From assembly GCA_951406725.2 (NCBI GenBank), contig OX597817.1, positions 17,546,001-17,610,000 on the forward strand: a stretch of DNA of 64,000 nt, given 5' to 3'. The notes beneath the pieces are model-generated. The model ran no database searches. It was not told where the DNA came from and saw only the letters and a program-made list of their open reading frames with translations. Both the position numbers and the translations under genes were made by a program. The stretch comes from Octopus vulgaris. Taxonomy: Eukaryota. This document shows positions 26,761 to 40,553 of this stretch, piece after piece (positions within the stretch are counted from its first letter, which is position 1; each line of letters opens with the position of its first letter).

Positions 26761-26993
26761 AAGGCAGCGAGCTGGCAGAGACGTTCGCATGCCGGGCGAA
26801 ACGCTTAGCAGTATTTCGTCTGCTGTTACGTTCTGAGTTCAAATTCCGCCGAGGTCCACTTTGCCTTTCATCCTTTCGGGGTCGATAAATTAAGTACCAG
26901 TTACGCACTGGGAATCTATATAATCGACTTAATCCGTTTGTCTGTCCTTGTTTGTCCCCTCTATGTTTAGCCCCTTGTGGGTAGTAAAGAAAT
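26761..26993 (+). mobile_element. SINE family B nested in an older opposite-strand family-B-like copy (about 26660-27105)
   Basis: TSD TACTTATTTTATC, and the host element continues on both sides. Confidence 0.85.
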
Positions 26994-27564
26994 AGGTACT
27001 TATTTTATCAACCCTAAAGGATTAGAACTCAAAATGTGAAGACAAATGAAATAAAACAAAACATTTCGCCAGGCATGCTAACGATTCTGCCAACTTGCTG
27101 CCTTGATGATGATGATGATGGTGATTCATGTAAATGTTGCTAAGTCAAGAAAGAAAAAATAAATAAACAGTTTGACACGATTAGCTTTTATCTCTTCAAA
27201 TTAATAAAGTAGAGCAAATTGGAGTATTTTAAACAGTAGAAGCCATACTGTCTGGTCAGAGTCCATAGCTTTTCTCCAAAGGGGAGGAAAGAGATTCAAG
27301 AATTTGACACTGTAAACATGTTTACATACGTTACAATTTACAACAATCCATGCTGGTGATTCAGCAATGTTAACTCAACATATATTTACATTTGCATATT
27401 TTGTAGCAAACACCTTCAAGAGAAATATTAACCCACCTCTTTCCTCCTGTTATTGTCAGTTTCAAACAGCTTTTAAGTGCTTTTAAGCCACTATCAGCTA
27501 TGCTTTACTGAGGAGGTCTCGTAATACCTTAACATATCCAGAATTGTCTCCAATAATTACCATA

Positions 27565-27971
27565 TAGGCGCAGGAGTGGCTGTGTGGTAAGTAGCAAGCT
27601 AACCAACCACATGGTTCCGGGTTCAGTCCCACTGCGTGGCAACTTGGGGCAAGTGTCTTCTGCTATAGCCCCGGGCCGACCAATGCCTTGTGAGTGGATT
27701 TGGTAGACGGAAACTGAAAGAAGCCTGTCGTATATATGTGTATATATATAAGTGTGTGTGTCTGTGTTTGCCTCCCTAGCATTACTTGACAACCAATGCT
27801 GGTGTGTTTACGTCCCCGTTACTTAGCGGTTCAGCAAAAGAGACCGATAGAATAAGTACTGGGCTTACAAAGAATAAGTCCCGGGGTCGATTTGCTCTAC
27901 TAAAGGCGGTGCTCCAGCATGGCCACAGTCAAATGACTGAAACAAGTAAAAGAGTAAAAAGAGTAAGAGTA
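27565..27971 (+). mobile_element. SINE family A
   Basis: Full-length copy. Confidence 0.88.
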
Positions 27972-29107
27972 ATTGAATCAAAATACCATTAGTCGATGAC
28001 TGATATTGCTTTGTCCTTAGTGCATAATCTTTTCTTGGTAGCATTTTTTAACGCTTCCTGTTCTAGATACGTTAACACACAAATAGCTTGTCAAAAGAAA
28101 TCAACATTTTCACATGTATTTTCTCCAATAAACATGTGAAGCACGTTTTCCTTTTTACTAAACTTTTGAACTCTGAATGAAAATCTCTCTATGTGTTAAT
28201 GAACCCTTCTAAATATTAAACTTGTTAAGAATGATGGAATAAAAGAATTAATAGAGCACTAGATTAAATACTTTGTAGTATTAATTACATCACTTTATGT
28301 TATGAGTTCAAATCTAGGTGGTATTTGAACCTAGATTTGATTTTGCAGTTCATCCATTTAGAGTTCATTTTAATTGACCACTTACCTTCTATAAAAAATT
28401 GTGGCCTTGTACCAAAATTGGAAATTAATACCAAGCCTGTATTCAACCATGAAAGTGGCCCCTATTTTCAGCTATGATGACTAATGGCAAAACAACAAAA
28501 AATCATAACAGGCCTCGAAAATATCAATATTATCGTGGTCTCCCAAACTATGAGAAATATTAGCCTACTGTTTTAAATAAGAATAATTTAGTGTTGGACA
28601 CCCCTAAAAAGCAGAATGGTTACAACTGGAATGTCATTGATTACAAGTCTCTTTGATCAGAGCTGACCTGGGACTAAACAATAATACCAATCATTGTAAA
28701 AAAGAGCTCTTTCATACAGATATTGAAGATCTTCAATGCAGTAACCAAATCTCTTTGGACATATTCTTTGATATCAAATAAAATGGGGGGATGCATGTTT
28801 AAAAATCAAAGATTTGAACAATACACTTGCAGCAAGAATATCTAGCAGAGTCCCAAACACCAACTCATTGCTTAGGAATTGAGCCCAAATAACTGTATCT
28901 AGATGTAAAATTAACAATATCCCAAACAGGATACTGTCAAGGATTGATGATGTGTGCAAAGAGCTGACCACTCAAATCAATAGACCCAGCAAACATTTAA
29001 CTCATTAAATTCCATCGTTGTAAACAACATATGAGATTATCGTTAACAATTACATCTTTTGGCACCTTTTCTTTGCAAGACATATATTATATGCACATAT
29101 TATATTA

Positions 29108-29468
29108 TAGGCGCAGGAGTGGCTATGTGGTAAGTAGCTTGCTTACCAACCACATGGTCATGGGTTCAGTCCCACTGCGTGGCATCTTGGGCAAGTGTCT
29201 TCTACTATAGCCTCGGGCCGACCAAAGCCTTGTGAGTGGATTTGGTAGACGGGAACTGGAAGTAGTCCGTCGTATATGTGTGTGTGTATCATTGTGTGTA
29301 TGTGTTTGTCCCCCACCCCCAACATCGCTTGACAACCAATGCTGGTGTGTTTATGTCCCCGTAACGTAGAGGTTCGGCAAAAGAGGCTGATAGAATAAGT
29401 CCTGGGGTAGATTTGCTTGACTAGAGGCGGTGCTCCAGCATGGCCACAGTCAAATGACTGAAACAAGT
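29108..29468 (+). mobile_element. SINE family A
   Basis: Near full-length copy. Confidence 0.85.
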
Positions 29469-29631
29469 GGTCGCAACTTAGCCAAGACAGATGGCTGTCA
29501 CATCTCTGCCACTTTAACACTAACAATGACAACAGTGGTCATGTACAACTTAAAACCAGCTGGCTGCTAGAATCTACACCACTCACAGCTAGTCCTTCAT
29601 GGCATGCAATATTTCATACAAACTGCAGAGC

Positions 29632-30029
29632 TCTCTTTTACTCATTTCAGTCAGTTGACTGTGGCCATGCTGGAACACCGCCTTTAGTTGAGCAACTCGA
29701 CCCCGGGACATTCTTTGTAAGCCTAGTACTTATTCTATCGGTCTCTTTTGCCGAGCCACTAAGTGACGGAGACATAAACACACCAGCATCGGTTGTCAAA
29801 CAATGCTAGGGGGACAAACACAGACACACAAACATACACACACACACACACACATATATATACACATATATACGACGGACTTCTTTCAGTTTCCGTCTAC
29901 CAAATCCACTCACAAGGCTTTGGTCGGCCCGAGGCTATAGTAGAAGACACTTGCCCAAGGTGCCACGCAGTGGGACTGAACCCGGAACCATGTGGTTGGT
30001 AAGCAAGCTACTTACCACACAGCCACTCT
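29632..30029 (-). mobile_element. SINE family A
   Basis: Inverted and tail-to-tail with the 29108 copy, about 165 bp apart. Confidence 0.85.
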
Positions 30030-30706
30030 GGTATAAATATTTCTTTTCTGTCATTCATAGTAATGACACATTGTTTCGTTAAATAAATATTTTATGTTTG
30101 GAACTTCAACAGATTTGTTGTTCTTCCATCTCAACCAAAGTATATCTTCATTACACTCAACCACATTTCATTCAACTCAACCAAAGCAGATCTTCATTAA
30201 ACTGGTGACAGCTAATTTGAAATATTTTATTATTACACATTCAAAATAAAGAGTGGATGGTCAGAAAAAGGCTGCTGATCAAACACAAAAGTTCGACCCA
30301 AACTGAAAATACCAGATGTTTCATGTTTGGATGTTTGAAGTGCTGAGATTCGGAGTTACATCTAACTAGTCGACAGACTACCACTGTACATGCATGCTCA
30401 ACTAAAAGTTGAACAATATTACTTAATATCAAACAGCAAAATAAAGTCATCTTCCATGAATTTAAAAAAAAAAAAAAAAGAATTAAAAAGGGAGAATCCC
30501 CTTCCCCAAAGGAAAAATAAAAAAGAACAAGGTGGAAGTCTTAGAGTAATAACAGTGAGTAAATGTCTAACATAGGCATGATTTTTTACATTTATAAAGA
30601 AGGTAAGTCGTCATGCTCATACCAACAACTAATAACTGAAATCCGGTATTTTGGTTAAAAAAAAACAAAAAGGAATAGAAATGATTAAATAAAGACAAAT
30701 ACTCAC

Positions 30707-30810
30707 CCTTTTTAGCCGATGCATCCCTGATATAACAGCAAGGCAAGAATGGTCAGAAAGAAAGTTACCAGAAGCATCAAATTCCGTTAAATAACCCAAC
30801 TCTTCAACAC
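30707..30810 (-). CDS. STK11IP: STK11IP-like exon 7, LRR (GVEELGYLTEFDASGNFLSDHSCLAVISGMHRLKR)
   Basis: 104 nt, phase 1 to 0, CAG/GTGAG. Human equivalent is GLEQLRNLRHLDLAYNLLEGH. Confidence 0.9.
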
Positions 30811-31230
30811 CTGAGAGATTACAGAATGACAGGTGGTGAGTCACGAAATAAATGAATAGAATCTCAAGTAATCAAAATAGACAAGAAAAGTGTGATGATG
30901 TGTAAAAACAATAATAGCCAACAGATAAGAACAAAAAGCTGCCACAGTGTATATAAGAGATAAAAGTGAATCAGAGTAGACTCACAAACAAAGTTTAAAC
31001 ACAGAAGGTGAAGAAATGTGAGGGGTGCGAGGAAGAGAGTGATTAAACTGTTCATTTATATTGGGTCATCACATATTTAATGGGAGTGGGGAAGGTTTAG
31101 ACTTTTATTTTTCATAATTAAGATAAACAAAGTTCTTTTCTAATCTAAAATATACTCTCCATTTTCTACATAAATGTGAAACAAGTTGGGGAAAAATAGT
31201 ATTCGAATACTGGAGGTAGAGTAATATGCT

Positions 31231-31404
31231 TTATTATTATCAAAGCTGCAAAAACATTGCAAAATATCACAAAAAAATGCTACTCAAAACTTCACATTCT
31301 TGTTCATTGGACAGTCTAGATTTGTCCGACAAATGGGAATGTGAAACTCTGAGTAGCAGTTTCTTGTGATATTTTGTGATGTTTTTGCAGCTTTAATAAT
31401 AATA
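31231..31404. repeat. Imperfect palindrome centred on TCTAGA, with a decayed hammerhead-like motif in each arm
   Basis: Arms at 31231-31317 and 31318-31404; see findings. Confidence 0.75.
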
Positions 31405-31417
31405 ATAATATATATAC

Positions 31418-31630
31418 TTTTCTACTCTAGGCACAAGGCCCGAAATTTTGGGGGAGGGGGCCAGTAGATTACATCAACCCCAGTACACAACTGATACTTA
31501 ATTCATTGACCTCGAAAGGCTGAAAGGCAAAGTCGACCTCGGCAGAATTTGAACTCAGAACGTAGCGGCAGACGAAATACCGCTAAGCATTTTGTCTGAC
31601 GTGCTAACGATTCTGCCAACTCACCGCCTT
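31418..31630 (-). mobile_element. SINE family B variant
   Basis: Same head and body as other family B copies, with an alternative tail. Confidence 0.8.
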
Positions 31631-33495
31631 ATATATAGCGTAAAAGAAACTAATTTACTGTATAGTGTGTACATATTTAGTTTTGTTTCAAAATAACTTT
31701 TGGAGTTAGCATGTGGCCATTGTGATGTTTTATACAAAACATTTTTTGAAATGAATTAGACAAATTTAAAACTGTCCATTCTGAGTTTTAATCACCAACA
31801 ACTATCAGATGATTGGGAGTCAAACAATGTTTGACTCTAGTGTCATTGCTACCACCTAAACCCAGTTATTACCGCTGTAATCATCCCATCTATTTTGTGC
31901 ATAATATATCTAAATATACATTATCTAATGTGCTCTGCCTTTTTTAAAAAAAACAATAGTGTCAATATGAGGAAGATTTGGCTGCTATTTCCAGCATACT
32001 GAATAACCGCATTTTAGACCCACCCACATCAACGAAACTGAGTTCCACACACTCTACCCAAACAAACCAAATTACATCTCCACATCTCTTCTTCACCTTT
32101 CCACTTTCATACACTATGCTAACCTTCCACTCTCCAATCCTGTCCTCTTGACCCTGTTCCACTGTATCATTATCTGTTAGTCCCCCACCCCCACCAACCT
32201 GTGTGTTCTACCCACACATAAGAAAACTTTTCACTCACCCTACCCCAACAAACCAAACTACATCTCTTCTCTTCTTCACATTTCCTTCATGCAATATGCT
32301 AACCTCTCACTCCCCAATCCTGTCGGCAAGGCCCTGTTTCTCTGTACCATTGCTATCTGGTAGACCCCACCCCATATATACCCAGGTTTTCACCACTCGC
32401 TGCATTCCCCTCCTCACTCTCTAATCACACTTCTTTGGCAATGTCCTGTCACTTATATTATGACCATCAAACCTCAAGGGTATGCCCTGGAACTTGCCAC
32501 CTTCTATATCTCTCTCTCTTCCTTTACTCAACCATTCCATTTATATTCTGATCCCCCCTCCCTTGTGAGCATGCCCAGCACTTTGCCACCATCTCTAGCT
32601 TGCTGTCGCCCACTCTCTCCTTCTCCTGCTCTACCCTCAGGTGGGGTAAACATGTATCTCCTTTATGACAGCACACTTGATTCTGTCCTCATTCCTGATC
32701 TCTCTCTCCAGCTGGGTAACCTTGTACCTCCTCTACAGCAAGACATGTTTCTGTCTCTATGTCTCACTATAAGCTTCTATCAATTGATTTTTGACTTGCA
32801 AGTTACTTGGTGACCCTGTTAGTGCAGGTGCCACTTAAAAAGTACCCAGTCCACAAAGTATAGTGCTTGGCATTTGGAAGGGCATCCAGCAGTAAAATCC
32901 TTGCCAAAACTGACCTTGCCTGTGCTTGTGCCATGTAAAAAGCATTCAGTTCATTCTTCTGGGTGGTTGGTGTTAGGAAGGGTATCCAGCTGTAAAAATC
33001 CTGCTAAAACAGACAGAGAAATCTGGTGTAGGTTTCTGCCTGGCCAGATCCTGTCACACTGTTCCACCCATGCCAGCATGAAAGGCAGACATTAAACAAT
33101 GATGATGACAATGAACGGTGTTTCTCAAACTTTTTTTAACCGTCACCCCTTTCCTTTTACGAGTAGTTTTTTAGTGTCCCCTTGCTACATTCAATGCCTG
33201 CTTCCTTAACAGAAAGAAACCTATTCACTCACACTTTCACATGTCATCTCCTAGCATAAATCCATTTCCCACTCCACTACAGCCCTACTCCTCAGTTCTT
33301 AAGGATCTTAGTCATGCAGGTTGCAGGGCATCTTCACTAATATTGGTGTCACAAAATAAAAAAAAAAGCACTAACTACATGTTGTAAAGTGGTTGGCATT
33401 AGGAAGGGCATACAACCACAGAAACCATACCAAAGTAGACATTAGAGCACAATGCAGTCTTCAGATTTGTCCAACATATGCCAGCATAGAGTCAG

Positions 33496-34516
33496 CATCA
33501 TCATCATCATCGTTTAACGTCCGCTTTCCATGCTAGCATGGGTTGGCCAATTTGACTGAGGACTGGCAAACCAGATGGCTGCACCAGGCTCCAATCTGAT
33601 CTGGCAGAGTTTCTACAGCTGGATGCCCTTCCTAATGCCAACCACTCCGAGAATGTAGTGGGTGCTTTTACGTGCCACCGGCATGAGGGCCACTCAGGCG
33701 GTACTGGCAATGGCCATGCTCAAATGGTGTTTTTTACATGCCACCTGCACAGGAGACAGTCCAGCGGCACTGGCAATGACCTTGCTAGAATATTTTTTCA
33801 CATGCCACCAGCACAAGTGCCAGTAAGGCGATGCAGGTAACAATCACGCTCGAATGGTGTTTTTTTACATGCCACCGGCATGGAAGCCAGTTAGCTGCTC
33901 TGGCAATGATCACGCTTGTATGGTACTCTTAGCACTCCACTAGCACGGATGCCAATCATCAAATTTGATTTCGATTTCACTTGCCTCAACAGGTCTTCGC
34001 AAGCAGAGATTTGTGTTCAATGAAGGGAACATATACATAAGTGGGCTGGTTACACTCCTGGCATAGGCCACAAGTTTATGGTCTCACTTGGCTTGCCGAG
34101 TCTTCTCAAGCACAGCATATTTCTAAAGGTCCCGGTCACTAGCTATTGCCTCGGTGAGGCCCAATGTTCGAAGGTCATGCTTCACCACCTCATCCTAGGT
34201 CTACTTGGGTCTACCTCTTTCACAGGTTCTCTCAACCGCTAGGGTGTGGCACTTTTGCACACAGCTATCCACATCCATTCTCGCCACATGACCATACCAG
34301 CACAGTCTCTTGCACACCACATCTGATGCTTCTCAGGTCCAACTTTTCTCTCAAGGTACTTACACTCTGTCGAGTATGCACACTGACACAACACATCCAT
34401 CAGAGCATACTGGCTTCATTCCTTGCAAGCTTACGCATGTCCTCAGCAGTCACGGCCCATGTTTCACTGCCATGTAGCATGGCTGTTCGTACACATGCGT
34501 CATACAGTCTACCTTT
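33496..34516 (-). mobile_element. 5'-truncated RTE LINE: ORF C-terminus plus complete 3' UTR with (GAT)n tail
   Basis: GRLYDACVRTAMLHGSETWAVTAEDMRKLARNE...WDEVVKHDL is contiguous with family D sequence. Confidence 0.9.
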
Positions 34517-34730
34517 TATCCATCTGGTATCTGCTGGTTAACCTATTATAACAAGAAGGACTTGAAAAATTTGACCACAATCATATCATAGATGATAAGG
34601 CTACTGGTTCCAAGTCCTTCTTGTTATAATAGATTAACCAGCAGATACCAGATGGATACTACTAGAGACTGTTATTCATTTCAGTAGGTTCATTGAAAAA
34701 CGGTACAAATAAATAAGCATTACATTAGAC

Positions 34731-34931
34731 CAGTGGTTTTCAACCAGGGTTCCGCCAGTACAGTGCAGGGGTTCCGCAAGAAGTTACAAAACTGCTAAAA
34801 TCGGCAGTAATTTTTAATTCTCCTGTGCAGATATGTGTGCATAAGACTATTAAATTATTGCACAGGGGTTCCTCGAGCCAGTGGAATGTTTCCTTGGGGT
34901 TCTGCTCCAGGTAAACGTTTGAAAAGCACTG
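34731..34931. mobile_element. hAT (Charlie-like) MITE
   Basis: TIRs CAGTGGTTTTCAA / TTGAAAAGCACTG and a perfect 8-bp TSD CATTAGAC. Confidence 0.92.
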
Positions 34932-35339
34932 CATTAGACAGAGTTATCTGAATGCTAAAAGGTTAAACATACATCCTAAAGATATGGTTAATAGTTTGGA
35001 AATTTGTGATCTCAATAATATCCCGTTTGAAAAAATATACATATTAAGTTTTGCTTGGTATAGATTAAAAACATGATCCCATGCTGCATGTGTGATGCAA
35101 TAATTTCTACCAAATACTTATTAGCAAAATGTTGTATATATCCTATGTTAAAATATGTTGTTTATATTACTGTATTTGTTAACGAGATTTCATGACCTGA
35201 TTAGTGAACTTTTTACAAAAGCTACACACTCTGCTATCTTTGTTTTGCATTGACACAGCTGACATAAATAAACTGAAACTTTATATATCGACTGTTACTG
35301 TTCCATTCAATTAGTTTCGGCAAAAAATAATTAGGTTAA

Positions 35340-35744
35340 AGCAAGGAGTGGCTGTGTGGTAAGTAACTTGCTAACCAACCACATGGTTCCGGGTTCAGTC
35401 CCACTGCGTGGCATCTTGGGCAAGTGTCTTCTGCTATAGCCCCGGGCCGACCAAAGCATTGTGAGTGGATTTGGTAGACGGAAACTGAAAGAAGCCTGTC
35501 GTATATATGTATATATATATATATGTGTGTGTATGTGTGTCTGTTTTTGTCCCCCTAGCATTGCTTGACAACTGATGCTGGTGTGTTTACGTCCCCATTG
35601 CTTAGCGGTTCGGCAAAAGAGACCGATAGAATAAGTACTGGGCTTAGAAAGAATAAGTCCCGGGGTCGATTTGCTCGACTAAAAGGCGGTGCTCCAGCAT
35701 GGCCGCAGTCAAATGACTGAAACAAGTAAAAGAGTAAAAGAGTA
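35340..35744 (+). mobile_element. SINE family A
   Basis: Full-length copy. Confidence 0.88.
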
Positions 35745-37120
35745 ATCCTACTGAGTTTAGAGAGAAGAATATAATGAGTTTTGTCAAGCCATTCATTAGT
35801 TATATTTGTGAAGTGAAACAGTTGTAGATTGTAATTAAAACTAGGTCACAACCTTGTCTCACCTGCAGTCTACCTTGTATGTTATCTGTAATGACAATAG
35901 TTAAATTTGACCACAATCATATCATAGATGATAAGGCTACTGGTTCCAAGTCCTTCTTGTTATAATAGGTTAACCAGCAGATACCAGATGGATACTACTA
36001 GAGACCTTTATTCATTTCAAATGTTTTAGATTTGAAAGAGGGACAAGATGGGCTTGATCTTGTGGAAGTAGCATTTATAATCTATAAATAAATTGAACTT
36101 TATTTATTGCCCTATCATGGTGAGTTTGAATAAAACCAAACAATGGAAACTCGATACAACTGAACCTCACTGGTTGGTGAAAACACTAGTATTTTATATT
36201 CATTGCAAATAGATACTAACTGCAGCACCGGCTCAGTTTTGTTTGTGTAGGTGTTCTGAAGCATCAAATGGGGTTTCAGGCTTTGTAGTTTCCTACAACG
36301 TTTTATGTGTTCCTGGAAAAATCATTGGTAACTTGTTACATTATACTATTCTATATTAGTGTCCAGTGAGCTAATGTTTTTCAAAACTGATGGTAACACC
36401 TTTTGGGGAGAGTAGTAGAAAAGTTTAAATGGGTAATGGGAGTCGAAGGAAGTGATAGGGGGTGATAGATGTATCTGTACAGCTTTTTGCTTTAACCTTT
36501 GACTCCTATATAAATATTAACTTTGAAAGAATCTAAGTGTAATATTATGATAAATAGTTTTTTAGCCACAATAACCACAACAATGTCAATAATAATGACA
36601 TCAACAATAAATAACAGACTTCAAAAAGTGAATAAGTAAATAAACAAAACCTAATATAAACCACCTATGCTGAGAGTATTCACCTTAACTAGAGTAGCAG
36701 CATATTCATTTATAGTACCTGGAATTAAATTAGTCCAGCATGAAATTATATGCATCATCATCATTATTTAATGTTCAGGTGAAGATAAAATAAGTAGAAT
36801 ATTTGGGCTGTATATGGCTGGTTGAAATGCTAAAAGGTTAAAATATTTTCAATCAATCCATTTCTAATTGGTGTCAAATACTATATTCTTGATTATGTAC
36901 TCAGTTCTGGTTTGGACTAAAACTAGGAACCTTATTCCTAAAGTAAGATGGTAATATTCTCCTTATTCACAAAAAAACACTAACACATGTACTGACAATG
37001 CACAAAGACATTGCTAGCTTTAGTTTAGCAATAAAGGGCTTTAGTTTTAATCTAGTCGAAGAGCAAGTGCATATTCAGGAGTAATTCATGTGATATGAGC
37101 TGAGATTTAAAAGAAAGGAC

Positions 37121-37206
37121 TGAAACAGTATAGTAGTTCAGAAAACAGTATAGTAGTTCAGAAAATAGTATAGTAGTTCAGAAAATAGTATAGTAGTTCA
37201 GAAAAT
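37121..37206. repeat. 20-bp minisatellite GAAAAYAGTATAGTAGTTCA, 4 copies
   Basis: Seen directly. Confidence 0.95.
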
Positions 37207-37758
37207 TATACAAAGAGAAATATTCTAATTTGATAGAAATTAAAAATTATGGAAACAAAATCTTTAAAAATAACAATGATAATTCTTTCTCTAAAGGCAC
37301 AAGGTCAGAAATTTTGGTGGGGCGGGGATTAGTTGATTATATTGACACCCCCACCCCACCCAGTAGTCATCTAGTACATACTTTATCAACCCTGTAAGCA
37401 TGAAAGTTGATCTTGGTGGAATTTGAACTCAGAACAAGGAGTCAGAAAAAATGCTGCGAAGCATTTCATCCAGTGCACAGACAGTTTTGCCAGCTTGCCA
37501 CCTCAATAATAATAATAATGATGATGAAGTAGGGAGGAGGAGGAGGAATGTAAATTATGACGAAAACTTATACAAAATTACTTTAGAAATTAATAATTAA
37601 TAAATGGCGATGCCCCAGCATGGCCACAGTTTGTGAGCTGAAACTAGATAAAATAAAATTAAAAAAATAAAAATTAAAACAAAATCTATGATGATGATGA
37701 ATATTAAAATTATGATGAAAAATTGAAAAGAAAAATATATGAGAATTTGATATCTTAC

Positions 37759-37888
37759 CATTCAGATCTGTTAAATTATTGTTTCTAAGAATAAGAGTTT
37801 TGATTGAGGACTTTGTATGAGTAGACAGTGGAGGAAGTGTCGTCAGATGGTTGAAAGCTAAGTTTAATTGTTCAACATACAACAGATT
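37759..37888 (-). CDS. STK11IP: STK11IP-like exon 6, LRR (NLLYVEQLNLAFNHLTTLP...IKTLILRNNNLTDLN)
   Basis: 130 nt, phase 0 to 1, two LRR units, TAG/GTAAG. Confidence 0.92.
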
Positions 37889-38737
37889 CTAAAAAACAAA
37901 AAAATGTTAAGAAAGAAGGATTTTAGATATTGTTAAAGAAGATTGTGGTGAAACATTCATGGAGACAGCAGAGCTTTGGACTAAAATCCTTGAAATATTT
38001 AGTTTTACCCCCACTGAATTCAAATTCTGCTAGAGTCCACTTTACTCCTTTTCCTATTTAGAGACAATCAAGAAATTGATTTCACCAACTATGGTTCACA
38101 CTGACTACAATAACTGATCTTGAGTCTAGTCTAATATCCAATACATTTTAAATAACACCAAATATATAGTGCGTGTGTTTTTATTGGCTAAACTGGCAAT
38201 ATGACCATTCCGAAATATAACAATATCTGTTTCAACAAACGACTTCACATAAAAAATCTTGCACAACAAATATTTAAACGTACATTTTAAATAGTTTTCA
38301 ATCAAAATATTGATGTTTAGCATTAGTTGAAAACCACAATTTTGGTAGGTGATATCGGTATATTTGATTATATATTTATCTTATCAATCAATCTCAGAAA
38401 GGTGAAAGGCAAAGCTGACTTTGGCAGAATCTGAACTCAGCTAAAATGCTTTGTTGTATTTAGTTACAGTCTTTTATATTCTGACACCAATCCTGCTGCA
38501 TTATAATATTAATGTACTTTTAGACAATTATCTGAAACAAATGTATAATGAGCCTTCCCCTCAGTGTAACAGAAGTAAGATTAACATGAATCAACAATCT
38601 TTGTCATCCTCACTCAATCCATTGTTATTAAATATCTTAAGTGTATACCTTGATAAAACTATGTCTCATTTAGAGAACTATGATCTATCTAAAATGCTGT
38701 ATACTATTCTATCTCATCCATGGTTGTCAATACCTGT

Positions 38738-38969
38738 TTCTTTATTACCCAAAAGGGGCTAAACATAGAGGGGGACAAACAAGGACAGACAAACAGATTA
38801 AGTCGATTACATCGACCCCAGTGCGCAACTGGTACTTAATTTATCGACCCCAAAAGGATGAAAGGCAAAGTCGACCTCGGCAAAATTTGAACTCAGAACG
38901 GTAACGGCAGACGAAATACGGCTACGCTTTTCGCCCGGCATGCTAACGATTCAGCCAGCTCACCGCCTT
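38738..38969 (-). mobile_element. SINE family B
   Basis: TSD CCATGGTTGTCAATACC. Confidence 0.9.
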
Positions 38970-39485
38970 GTTGCCATGGTTGTCAATACCAGGGACACAA
39001 ATATTCTTAGTTTGGTAGTCAGTCATATAGTCGTTGATTCTTTACAGTGTGGGATAGGTCACAGTGTAGACAATGATTGCAGTAATGCTTAATTGAGTAT
39101 TCAAATATCATTAACCCAACATTGTTCTATTTATAAATGGACATTCAATAAATTAATGAAACAATGATCAACAAATATAACTGTTAGGAATCCTCCATAT
39201 AACTTGCTGGATAATGTAATGAAGCTTGTATAAGGAAAATAAACCACTGTATATAATCAATATGTGTTACTAACATTACAAGCTAAAGTCGGTACCTTTT
39301 GTTGAAGACAACATAAACATGTTACATAAGATGAGTGAAAGAGAATAAGAGAGAACAACTGACAGAGTTCCATTAGGTTAACCAAAGTGAGAACTGAGAA
39401 AATGCCATAAGAAGGTGATGCAAAATGATCCATAAAAACATGGAACAGTTCTGCCTAAAGTTGAATTCTCTTGCTTATTTATTAA

Positions 39486-39698
39486 CCCTTTCATTACTGT
39501 ATTTATTTTGAGATGCTCTGTGTTTCTTTCAATTATTTTAAGTATAACAAAGTATTTAGTAAAGTAACTTAGTTATAATTAAGCTAGTGTTAGGAACCTA
39601 AATTGTGACTAAAGGTTTGGTGGAAGATTTTAATTCAGAATTTTCAAAAAAAAAGACATTTGTACTACAAAGCCAGAGCCGGTTTCAGCCAGGTTGGT
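39486..39698 (+). mobile_element. piggyBac-type MITE with the right end clipped
   Basis: TTAA|CCCTTT start, same family as 21894. Confidence 0.8.
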
Positions 39699-40254
39699 AT
39701 GACTTGAAAGTCCTAGACTCTTCAGCCAATCTGTTTGGCAGGAAACCTTGCATACTTTCTTTGAAGATTGCTACTTCAGCCATGAATATATCAGTCTGTA
39801 CTGATTGGTTGGGCCATATTCACATGGGCATTAATACCTTTTTTGGCAACACTTCTCCTTTTATGGAATTTTGTTTGTTTGTGGTTCTAGACAGAGAAAA
39901 TCTGAGAACTATAGTTCAAATCTCAACAAGGGTCTCATTACATATTCATACAGGAAAATTTTTACATTTCAAAAACAAACTATGAGGATAATGCTGTATG
40001 GAGATTTCAACAAAATTACTAGTTGGCGCTTTAGCTTAATAAACAAAAACAAATACTGTCTTCCCCTTGTATATTCCCTCAGCTATTTTACATTTTATTC
40101 TTATTTTCTTTATACACAATTCTTTAAATTTCTCTTTGTATCATTTATATACATTACCTATACATATCTTTATGCACACTATTTATGAGTGACATATTGT
40201 TTTAAATCCATTTTAATGTTACAGTTACAGTTGACAACTAATCTGTGGAATATA

Positions 40255-40470
40255 CAAGGGAGTGCTAAAAAGTTCCTGGCTTTAAGGGAATCTCAAAAGG
40301 CCTGGTTGGAGGCCCAAGCAGCCAAATTTTCACAGGGCTTAGAAAAACTGAAGGACCACTGCAATAAGTGTGTGAATCTGAGAGGGGAATATGTTGAATA
40401 AAATCATAATTAACTGATCCTCCTATAATTTTTCTTTACCCAAAGCCAGGAACTTGTCAGTACCCCCTCA
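40255..40470. mobile_element. Mariner-derived MITE (second copy)
   Basis: TA flanks. Retains a mariner-like transposase C-terminus, QGLEKLKDHCNKCVNLRGEYVE*. Confidence 0.85.
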
Positions 40471-40553
40471 TATCATGACAAATTCTTCATTTCAGTTCAA
40501 CATGTTTCATCAAATATGTTTTTGTTTATAAATAGCAAGAAATGACAATTTAC

